From contig JBBIIG010000063.1 of assembly GCA_037446635.1 (NCBI GenBank), positions 354 through 21,862 of the forward strand: DNA of 21,509 nt. The letters run 5' to 3'. Each line of letters begins with the position of its first letter. Positions within the stretch are counted from its first letter, which is position 1. Source of the stretch: a bacterium. GTDB lineage: Bacteria > Zhuqueibacterota > Zhuqueibacteria > Oceanimicrobiales > Oceanimicrobiaceae. The position numbers and the translations under genes were made by a program. Under the pieces are notes generated by a model. That model did no database searches. It had not been told where the DNA came from and was given only the letters and a program-made list of their open reading frames with translations. Below, one piece after another: positions 8,965 through 15,915 of the stretch.

Positions 8965-9783
8965 ATGAAATCAAGGACCATCATTTTGGCGCTGCTTTTG
9001 GCGGCCTTTACGGCGCACGCCCAGGAAGCGCTATCGCCGGTGCTGTCGCGCAGCGGCTACGACAAGTCGGCGCCGGCGGTCGTCAAATTAGTCACCGACG
9101 AGGGCCGCAAGATCGGCGCGGGCGTCGTCCTCGGCGTGCATAAAGACGGCGCCGGATTTATTTTGACTTCCTACAGCATGATCGCGGGCCGCGATAAGCT
9201 GGCCGTGCTTTTCAAAAACTTTCCCGAGCCGCTGCTGGGCCAGGTGGTGGAACGCTGGATCGATTTTGACTCCGACCTGGCCATCGTGGCCGTCAAAAAT
9301 TTTCCCCCCACCGAGCCGGCCATCACCTTGGGAGAAACCAAAGCCATTGACGCCGGCAAAGTGGTCACCGCTCTCGGCCACCTCGACTCCAGCGATTGGG
9401 CGCCGGTGGCGGTGAAATTGGAATCCGCCACCAATCGCGAGTTGGCGTTCGCCCTCGCCACCCCCAACGGCATGGAGGGCGCGCCCCTGTTGGATGACAA
9501 AGGCAATATGATTGGCTTGATCATCAGCGACCCCATGGAAGCCGAGCAATTCAAGTTCGCCAAAGCGGTAAAAATCAGCGTCATCAAACCTATTTTAAAA
9601 GAATGGTTCCAGCCGGTTGCGCTCAAAAAACAGTGGCGCGAAAGCAGCGGCGGCGTCGCCACCTGGATTTGGGCGGTGGGCGGCGGCGTGCTGGGTGGAA
9701 CCATGGCCACGGCCATCGCGGTTTCCGGCGGCGACGATTCCCCGCGCGGACTGCCGCGGCCGCCCAATCCTCCCGGTCAATGA
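8965..9783 (+). CDS. Exported trypsin-like (S1/HtrA-like fold) protein, probably catalytically inactive, with C-terminal hydrophobic Gly-rich segment and Pro-rich tail
   Basis: GGAG RBS then ATG 8965; signal peptide ending AHA. Fold motifs 'PAVVKL...IGAGVVL...GFILT', 'DSDLAIV', 'GAPLLDDKGNMIGLI'. Catalytic His and Ser positions read LTSYSMI and GMEGAP. Confidence 0.75.
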   Translation: MKSRTIILALLLAAFTAHAQEALSPVLSRSGYDKSAPAVVKLVTDEGRKIGAGVVLGVHKDGAGFILTSYSMIAGRDKLAVLFKNFPEPLLGQVVERWIDFDSDLAIVAVKNFPPTEPAITLGETKAIDAGKVVTALGHLDSSDWAPVAVKLESATNRELAFALATPNGMEGAPLLDDKGNMIGLIISDPMEAEQFKFAKAVKISVIKPILKEWFQPVALKKQWRESSGGVATWIWAVGGGVLGGTMATAIAVSGGDDSPRGLPRPPNPPGQ

Positions 9784-10418
9784 ATTCGACATCGCGATCT
9801 ACTTCTGGCAAAAATTTGACTCTTCAAAAATCCGAAAACGATCACAGCACCGGACACCGTCTGCAGATTACCTTGTTGCGGCACGGCAAACCCACGGTGT
9901 CGCCCAACGGCAAGCTGAGCGCGATTGAATACACCCGCTACCTGCAGCGCTACGATGTCGCCGGCATTGATCGGGCGCACCAGCCGCCGGCGGCCGTGTG
10001 GAAACGGGCGGAAGAAAGCGCGCTGATTTTGTGCAGCGATCTCCCGCGCGCCATTCAATCGGCGCAGGCGCTGAGCCGCGGCCGCAAATTGCAGGTGGAG
10101 CCGGTGTTCCGCGAAATCAAAATGCCGGCCATCAATATGAACACCTTTAAGTTTTCGGAAAAAACCTGGGGCGTGGCGTCGCGGCTGGTGTGGTTTTTGG
10201 GATATTCCAACGGCAGCGAATCCTTTCGCGAAGCCAAGCAGCGCGCCGCCGCCGCGGCCGAGCGCCTGATTCAACTGGCAAAATCCCAGGGCTCGGTGAT
10301 GCTGGTAGGCCACGGGTTCATCAACTATTTCATCGGCCGGGCGCTGCTGGCCAACGGCTGGAGGGGGCCGGCCATCCCGTGTTGGAAATTCTGGGGAGTG
10401 GGGTTCTACCAGTTATAA
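9780..10418 (+). CDS. Histidine phosphatase (phosphoglycerate mutase-like) family protein
   Basis: ATGA overlap with the upstream stop; motifs 'ITLLRHGKP', 'CSDLPRAIQSA', 'FRE', 'ESFREAKQRA', 'VMLVGHG'. Confidence 0.88.
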   Translation: MNSTSRSTSGKNLTLQKSENDHSTGHRLQITLLRHGKPTVSPNGKLSAIEYTRYLQRYDVAGIDRAHQPPAAVWKRAEESALILCSDLPRAIQSAQALSRGRKLQVEPVFREIKMPAINMNTFKFSEKTWGVASRLVWFLGYSNGSESFREAKQRAAAAAERLIQLAKSQGSVMLVGHGFINYFIGRALLANGWRGPAIPCWKFWGVGFYQL

Positions 10419-10451
10419 AACTTCTATTTGAATATTTCAAGAAAATCATAA

Positions 10452-10561
10452 ACCACGAAGCTCACGAAGAGCACGAAGAATTAGAAAACAAGCGCTGGCC
10501 TGTAGAATTTTGTGGTAATTGATTTTTATCCCGCCTTCGTGTCCTTCGTGCTCTTCGTGGT
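10452..10561. repeat. Inverted-repeat element with 3x9-bp periodic arms (copy 2)
   Basis: Left arm ACCACGAAG-CTCACGAAG-AGCACGAAG (10452-10478); right arm CTTCGTGTC-CTTCGTGCT-CTTCGTGGT (10535-10561). Confidence 0.88.
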
Positions 10562-10604
10562 AAAACTTATTTTTAAATCTCAATCCAGAGACGGGAGGAA
10601 CGTC

Positions 10605-11957
10605 ATGCGCACCCATTCGAGCTGGGGCTGGGCATTCTCATTTTTGATTTTGATTTTCACTGGCGCGCTTTCGGCTCAAAGCAGAAATCAAAACCGCGCC
10701 TTCGATGTGAGCGAGCTTCAGCAACGGCTCGCCGCCGAGTACCCATCCCTCGAAGAGCTCTACAAACATCTGCATCGGCAGCCCGAGTTGTCATTTCAGG
10801 AAGAAAAAACCGCGGCGCGCATCGCGGAAGAATTGCAAAAATTAGGTTTTGAAGTAACCACCAAAATCGGCGGCCACGGCCTGGTTGGGGTGATGAAAAA
10901 CGGCGCCGGCCCGACGCTGCTCATTCGCACCGACCTCGACGCTCTGCCCATCACTGAACAAACCGGCCTCGACTACGCCAGCACCGCGCGCGCCGCCGAT
11001 GATCGCGGGGACGAAGTGGGCGTGATGCACGCCTGCGGCCACGACTTGCACATGACCGCGTTCGTGGGGACGGCCCGCATGTTGGCGCATTTCAAAGAGC
11101 GCTGGCGGGGCACGCTGGTGATGGTTGGCCAGCCGGCGGAAGAACGGGGCGCCGGCGCCCGCGCCATGCTCGCCGATGGCTTGTTCACGCGCTTCCCGCG
11201 TCCGGATTATTGCATCGCGCTGCACACCAACGCCACCCTGCCGGCGGGAACAGTGGGCTATTGCAAAGGCTACGCCCTGGCCAACGTGGACGCCGTGGAC
11301 ATCACCGTGTTCGGCGTCGGCGGGCACGGCGCCTATCCCCACACCACCAAAGATCCCATCGTGCTTTCCGCGCAAATCATTCTGGCGCTGCAAACCATCG
11401 TCAGCCGCGAAGTCAAACCCATCGAGCCGGCGGTGGTGACCGTGGGGTCCATCCACGGCGGCAGTAAGCACAACATCATCCCGGATCGGGTGGAGCTTCA
11501 GCTCACCCTGCGCTCCTATTCCGACGACGTGCGCCAGCAAGCCCTCGCCGCCATCGAGCGCATCATCAAAAATTCCGCGCGCGCCGCCGGCGTGCCGGAA
11601 GATCGCTTGCCCATCATGAAAATTCAAGACGAATTCACTCCGGCCACTTACAACGATCCAGAATTGACCGATCGGTTAGCCAACATCTTTAGAAATGTTT
11701 TAGGAGAAAAAAGTGTAACGCCGGTGGAGCCAGTCATGGGCGCGGAAGATTTCGGCCTCTACGGCCGCGAGCAACCGAAGATTCCCATTTGCATGTTTTG
11801 GTTGGGCGCGGTGGCGCCGGCAAAGTTTGAGGAGAGTATCAAAGAAGGAACGCCGCTGCCTTCCCTGCACTCTCCGATATTTGCCCCCGACCGCGAGCCC
11901 GCCATCAAAACCGGGGTCACGGCGATGACCGCAGCAGCGCTGGAGCTGCTGCAGTAA
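10605..11957 (+). CDS. M20D family amidohydrolase (hippurate hydrolase-like) with signal peptide
   Basis: GGAGG at 10594-10598 then ATG 10605. Motifs 'LHRQPELSFQE', 'RTDLDALP', 'MHACGHDLH', 'QPAEE', 'GGHGAYPH', 'MGAEDF', 'LHSP'. Confidence 0.93.
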   Translation: MRTHSSWGWAFSFLILIFTGALSAQSRNQNRAFDVSELQQRLAAEYPSLEELYKHLHRQPELSFQEEKTAARIAEELQKLGFEVTTKIGGHGLVGVMKNGAGPTLLIRTDLDALPITEQTGLDYASTARAADDRGDEVGVMHACGHDLHMTAFVGTARMLAHFKERWRGTLVMVGQPAEERGAGARAMLADGLFTRFPRPDYCIALHTNATLPAGTVGYCKGYALANVDAVDITVFGVGGHGAYPHTTKDPIVLSAQIILALQTIVSREVKPIEPAVVTVGSIHGGSKHNIIPDRVELQLTLRSYSDDVRQQALAAIERIIKNSARAAGVPEDRLPIMKIQDEFTPATYNDPELTDRLANIFRNVLGEKSVTPVEPVMGAEDFGLYGREQPKIPICMFWLGAVAPAKFEESIKEGTPLPSLHSPIFAPDREPAIKTGVTAMTAAALELLQ

Positions 11958-12026
11958 TTGAGGCGCTTGGACTTAACAATTGGTACGGATTCAAAGCGTA
12001 CACGCTCCCAGCGACTCTGGTTCGAG

Positions 12027-12063
12027 AGCGACTTGAATATTCATCAAGCCGCTTTTCTTATTT
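12027..12063 (+). terminator. Possible intrinsic terminator after the amidohydrolase
   Basis: Stem AGCGACTTGA/TCAAGCCGCT (one mismatch), 7-nt loop, followed by TTTCTTATTT. Confidence 0.4.
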
Positions 12064-12135
12064 GTACTCGAAATAAAAATGGCTATCCAACTTGTTTGAC
12101 GTGTGTACAAGTTTTTCAATCGCAACGGAGGGAAT

Positions 12136-13389
12136 ATGTTAGAGGTCGCAAAGTACCCGCGCGGCAAATTAAGTATTTTGTCCGCGAGCGTTTTGCTCCC
12201 GTTTTTGATGATGGCGGGGGCCTCGTTTTCTCAACCAACCATCCCCGACGCTGTGCTGGATATTTTCGACAACCGCTGCGCCTTCGCCGGCTGCCACGCC
12301 GGTCCCAGCGCGCCGCAGGGCCTGGACTTAACCGAGCAATTTGTGATCCCCTCGCTGGTGAATCAGCCCAGCACCGGCAGACCAAGTTTGATGCGCGTGA
12401 AAGGCGGCGACCCGGCCAATAGTTACCTGATCATGAAAGTGAAGGGAAGTCCGGGCATCGCCGGCGACCCCATGCCCAAAAGCGGAGAAAGATTAAGCGC
12501 CGAGGAAATCACCGCCCTCGAAGTCTGGATCGCTGCGCTGCCGGCGGATTTCACCCAGGCCGCGCCGCCGCGCGAATACGCCGAGGCGTTTCCCGGGCTG
12601 TCGTTGGCCACACTGCCTACCACGGAAACGCTCGAACCGGGAACGTTCTCTTATCGCATCGCCCACCGTTGGGACGGCCCAGTGGACAGCGGCCTCGACG
12701 ACTTCTTCGGTCTGGATTTCGGCGCCCACATCTTCACCCAACTCTCTTTTGCCGTAACCAACAATCTGATGGTTTATTTCGGCCGCTCCGGCGAAGGCGC
12801 CACCTATGAAGCCGCTGGCAAGTGGCGGCTGCTGCGGGAGAAGAGCGACGGCTCAACCCCCTTCTCCCTGGCGGTGGTCGGCGGAGTTGATTGGGAGACC
12901 CGCAAAAATATTGCCGGCGTCAGTACCTCACGCACCGACAGCGAGCGTTTTCACTGGTTCGTGCAACTGCCTGCCTCCAAGCAACTCGGAAATCGCCTTT
13001 CGTTGTTGGTGGTTCCCGGAGTCTTAATTAACGGCAACCCCGCGCTGGACGACGAAGACCCGATCGTCACCATTGGCTTTGCCGGCAAGCTGACCCTGTT
13101 TAAGGATTTTGCGTTTTTCGTGGAGAGCGTCCCCATCGTTTCCGGCGCCGACGGCGCGGCTACCGTTACCGTCGGCGGTTTGCGTTCCGACGACGGGGCG
13201 CTGGTTTTCAACGATTCTTTTACCATTGGGTTCGAGCGGCGAGTGGGCGGCCACGTCTTTCATGTTTATGCAACCAACTCGCTGGGCCTCGCCACCAACC
13301 AATATTTGAGCGGTGGCGACTTCGATTTTTTAGATGGCGATTTTCGCTTGGGGTTCAACATCTATCGCATTTTGAGATGGCCATTTTAG
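12136..13389 (+). CDS. Fusion of an N-terminal monoheme c-type cytochrome (CX4CH) to a DUF5777-like outer-membrane beta-barrel
   Basis: GGAGG RBS, ATG 12136, signal peptide. Heme motif CAFAGCH and distal 'DPMP'. Barrel part: 'FSYRIAHRW', 'DDFFGLDFGA', 'GFERRVGGHVFHVYATNS', 'DFRLGFNIYR', terminal Phe. Confidence 0.8.
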   Translation: MLEVAKYPRGKLSILSASVLLPFLMMAGASFSQPTIPDAVLDIFDNRCAFAGCHAGPSAPQGLDLTEQFVIPSLVNQPSTGRPSLMRVKGGDPANSYLIMKVKGSPGIAGDPMPKSGERLSAEEITALEVWIAALPADFTQAAPPREYAEAFPGLSLATLPTTETLEPGTFSYRIAHRWDGPVDSGLDDFFGLDFGAHIFTQLSFAVTNNLMVYFGRSGEGATYEAAGKWRLLREKSDGSTPFSLAVVGGVDWETRKNIAGVSTSRTDSERFHWFVQLPASKQLGNRLSLLVVPGVLINGNPALDDEDPIVTIGFAGKLTLFKDFAFFVESVPIVSGADGAATVTVGGLRSDDGALVFNDSFTIGFERRVGGHVFHVYATNSLGLATNQYLSGGDFDFLDGDFRLGFNIYRILRWPF

Positions 13390-13400
13390 CGAAATGATTG

Positions 13401-13479
13401 ACCGCGAAGGTCGCTAAGAAAATGCAAGGGGCGCAAGTAAAAATTTGTTTTTTATGGCGGCCTTTGCGTTCTTTGCGGT
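13401..13479. repeat. Degenerate inverted-repeat element with 9-bp periodic arms (copy 3)
   Basis: Left arm ACCGCGAAG-GTCGCTAAG-AAAATGCAAG-GGGCGCAAG; right arm TATGGCGGC-CTTTGCGTT-CTTTGCGGT. Confidence 0.7.
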
Positions 13480-13511
13480 TAAAAAAACTTTTTTAGAAAT
13501 TAGGAGATTGT

Positions 13512-13931
13512 ATGATCCGACCTTCGGCGCGATTTTTTTTCAGCCTAATCCTGTTGAGTTTATTGAGTGCTTGTGAGCATTCGCTGCCGACGCCGGCGCA
13601 GCCGGCGCAAGCCACGCTTTCCAGCATTCAAGCGACCATTTTCACGCCCCGCTGCGCCGTAGTGGGCTGCCACGTTCCCAACGGCCTGGGGCCGATGCCC
13701 CTGCGCAACGCCAACGAAAGCTTTGCCAATCTGGTGAATGCGCCCTCGATCCAGCGCCCAAATTTGATGCGGGTGCAACCCGGCAATGCCGACGCGAGTT
13801 ACATCATTCTAAAATTAGAAGGCGCCTCCGGCATCTCCGGCACACGCATGCCGCAGGGCGGTCCGTTCCTCAGCAGCGCTCAAATCAATCTGATCCGACA
13901 ATGGGTCAACGACGGCGCGCTAAACAATTAG
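13512..13931 (+). CDS. Lipoprotein monoheme c-type cytochrome (CX4CH)
   Basis: AGGAG RBS; lipobox LLSA-C; heme motif CAVVGCH; distal 'RMPQGG'; C-terminal 'IRQWVNDGA'. Clearly homologous to the cytochrome domain of the upstream gene. Confidence 0.87.
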   Translation: MIRPSARFFFSLILLSLLSACEHSLPTPAQPAQATLSSIQATIFTPRCAVVGCHVPNGLGPMPLRNANESFANLVNAPSIQRPNLMRVQPGNADASYIILKLEGASGISGTRMPQGGPFLSSAQINLIRQWVNDGALNN

Positions 13932-13961
13932 CTTTTAAAATTCTGATAAAGTGAGGTTTAA

Positions 13962-14594
13962 ATGAAAAAGCATGCAGCATTTTTTGTTATCATCGCTTTC
14001 ATCGTTTTGGCGTCGGTTTGGGCGCAGGAAAATAAGCAGACGGCAGCCACCAACAGCAACCTGCGGGTGACGCAAATCGCCGGCCGGCGTCTTTTGGATT
14101 TGAAGAAATGCACCGATTGCCACACGCTGGGCCAGCAAACCGAGGACAAGCTGACGCCCATGACCAACAAACGCAGCAGCGAGTGGTTTACGGCTCACGC
14201 CCAGGAAAAAACCACCATCGTCCTGCGGGAGGAATCTTCTGAACGCAAACGAAAACGCGTGCTGCAGGATGAGATTTTCGCCCTCGACGATTACCTTTAC
14301 CAGAGCCCAGCCGAAGAACGAGAACAGATTGAAACCCTGCCGGCGAACGTGTTCGAGGGGGCATATCTGGTTTATCAAAACAATTGTCTCAATTGCCACG
14401 CCATCGCTGGCGAGGGCAAAGATATCGGCCCGAATTTGACCCACGTGGGCAGCAAGCGCGACAAAAGCTGGTTTATCGCCAATCTCAAAAATCCCCAGCA
14501 ATTTGCGCCGGAATCGCTGATGCCCAAGTTCGATCACCTGCCGCCCGAGACCCTCGAAAAGATGGCGGATTATCTCACTACCCTCAGAAAATAA
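13962..14594 (+). CDS. Periplasmic diheme cytochrome c
   Basis: Signal peptide ending VWA; CTDCH and CLNCH; second domain 'GPNLTHVGSKR..SW...LKNP......LMPKF' resembles CcoO/QcrC-type class I cytochromes. Confidence 0.88.
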   Translation: MKKHAAFFVIIAFIVLASVWAQENKQTAATNSNLRVTQIAGRRLLDLKKCTDCHTLGQQTEDKLTPMTNKRSSEWFTAHAQEKTTIVLREESSERKRKRVLQDEIFALDDYLYQSPAEEREQIETLPANVFEGAYLVYQNNCLNCHAIAGEGKDIGPNLTHVGSKRDKSWFIANLKNPQQFAPESLMPKFDHLPPETLEKMADYLTTLRK

Positions 14595-14595
14595 G

Positions 14596-14630
14596 GGAGT
14601 GATGGAGTTTTGGAGTTCTGGATTGATGGA
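14596..14630 (+). repeat. Short degenerate 8-bp tandem repeat
   Basis: GGAGTGAT-GGAGTTTT-GGAGTTCT-GGATTGAT-GGA between the diheme cytochrome stop and the Rieske RBS. Confidence 0.7.
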
Positions 14631-14648
14631 CGAAGGCAGGAGCCCAAC

Positions 14649-15158
14649 ATGCAGACCGCCCAAGCACAACTCACGCAGGATAATGAGAGCTTCTCCCGCC
14701 GCCGCTTTTTGAAGACGGCCATTGGGCTGCTAAACGGAACGATTGCGCTGCTGCTGGCGGCGCCCGGACTCGGTTTTCTGCTCACACCGGTGTTCCGCAA
14801 AGGCAGCGGCTCGTGGATCAAGCTCGGCGCCGCGGACCATTTTTCCTCCGCCGAGCCGATGAAAGCAACGTTCAAATATATTTCGGAAGCCGGTTACACC
14901 CGAGCTGAAAAGAGCGGTTTTGTCTGGGTGGTTCCGGCGCTTGAGGGGGAAAGTTCGGTGACGGTGTTTTCGGCGGTGTGCAGCCACACCGGCTGCAATG
15001 TGGCGTGGCAGCCAGATGAGCAAAAATTTGTGTGCCCCTGTCACGAAGGCCGCTACAATTTTCGCGGTGAGGTGGTCTCCGGGCCGCCGCCGCGCCCGCT
15101 GACCAAATTAGCGACCCGCATTGAAAACGGGCAATTGTTGATTCAATGGCCGGCTTAA
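14649..15158 (+). CDS. Rieske [2Fe-2S] protein, QcrA-like (menaquinol:cytochrome c reductase iron-sulfur subunit type)
   Basis: AGGAG RBS, ATG 14649; Tat motif SRRRFLK plus TM helix; box I CSHTGC, box II CPCHEGRY; 'SGPPPRPL'. Confidence 0.92.
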   Translation: MQTAQAQLTQDNESFSRRRFLKTAIGLLNGTIALLLAAPGLGFLLTPVFRKGSGSWIKLGAADHFSSAEPMKATFKYISEAGYTRAEKSGFVWVVPALEGESSVTVFSAVCSHTGCNVAWQPDEQKFVCPCHEGRYNFRGEVVSGPPPRPLTKLATRIENGQLLIQWPA

Positions 15159-15186
15159 CATACCCCACCCACGCATTTTTTGACTC

Positions 15187-15215
15187 TTGCTTTTGAGATT
15201 TCTGCGCTATATCTT
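15187..15215 (+). promoter_or_regulatory. Putative sigma70 promoter of the two-gene module
   Basis: TTGCTT (15187-15192), 17-nt spacer, TATCTT (15210-15215), 25 nt upstream of ATG 15241. Confidence 0.5.
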
Positions 15216-15240
15216 GTCATAACTGTTTTTTGGGAATTTG

Positions 15241-15612
15241 ATGAGTACAGCAGAAAAGATTGAGCTTTTTCAAAAAACTTATGAAAAAGCTCTTGCTGGT
15301 AGCTGGAAGGGTGGTAAGGGAAGCGCTAGTTCTCATTTGAAAAAACGAAAACAGCGCGGACATCTTCCGGAAAACGCAACTTTGGAAGACCTGACTCAAC
15401 AGGGTTTAAAAGTACTTCGATCTCCAGATGCCATCGTTTATGAGGATGTTCCTTTATCAACCTTGTATTTTGCCGTTTACAAAGAATGGGCTGTCTTTTT
15501 CGACGAAGAGGGTTTATGGGATACGGCTTTTCCTCCTGATGTTCCGGAGCGGTATTTTGTTTCAACAAAAGGATATAGATTGCTGGGAAAACTAAGCGAG
15601 TTAATCACATGA
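15241..15612 (+). CDS. Small hypothetical protein; candidate RNase-type toxin
   Basis: 123 aa, no signal peptide. 'SHLKKRKQRGHLP' then a helix, then short aromatic strands 'YFAVYKEWAVFFDEEGLWDTAFPP'. The CDS is well supported; the function is inference. Confidence 0.65.
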   Translation: MSTAEKIELFQKTYEKALAGSWKGGKGSASSHLKKRKQRGHLPENATLEDLTQQGLKVLRSPDAIVYEDVPLSTLYFAVYKEWAVFFDEEGLWDTAFPPDVPERYFVSTKGYRLLGKLSELIT

Positions 15613-15914
15613 TGGAGATCGAACACTTGCTCAAAGCTTACGAAGCTGATGCTGTTGATCCAAAAGGACTGGGACGTTTTGAAGTGCTCAACATGCTAAC
15701 CAACCGTGATGTCCTTGAAGAGCACAAAAACCAGATGACTACCTTGCAGTCCGCCCGCCTACTGTTTGCCGACGAAAAGTTAATGGCCAACAGCGAACAA
15801 ATCATTGAGGAGTGCGGCGGCAAAACCGGGTTTATGAAATTGCGTCAGCACAATCCCGCGCCCTCCGCGTGGTGGTGGTTCCTCGAGCAGATCCCTGTCG
15901 CGCAATTTTCATAA
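15609..15914 (+). CDS. Small hypothetical helical protein; candidate antitoxin/immunity protein
   Basis: 101 aa; ATGA overlap with the upstream gene; Glu/Leu-rich; C-terminal 'PSAWWWFLE'. Confidence 0.65.
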   Translation: MMEIEHLLKAYEADAVDPKGLGRFEVLNMLTNRDVLEEHKNQMTTLQSARLLFADEKLMANSEQIIEECGGKTGFMKLRQHNPAPSAWWWFLEQIPVAQFS

Positions 15915-15915
15915 C

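Noticed and set aside
9603..9779. N-terminal extension of the histidine phosphatase in the ORF track
   Set aside because: It overlaps the upstream gene out of frame; the ATGA-coupled start at 9780 is more parsimonious.
10512..10604. N-terminal extension of the amidohydrolase ('FVSFVLFVV')
   Set aside because: It is the translated right arm of the repeat element; GGAGG plus ATG 10605 gives a normal signal peptide.
12033..12047. TTGAA-TATTC-ATCAA as an FNR box
   Set aside because: The spacer is 5 nt rather than 4, and the sequence is part of a terminator-like hairpin.
12136..13389. Calling the cytochrome-barrel fusion Cyc2
   Set aside because: It lacks the Cyc2 N-terminal PxFARQT/CXXCH signature; the similarity is architectural only.
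14610..14648. TTG start extending the Rieske protein
   Set aside because: It lies within the 8-bp tandem repeat; ATG 14649 has a properly spaced AGGAG.
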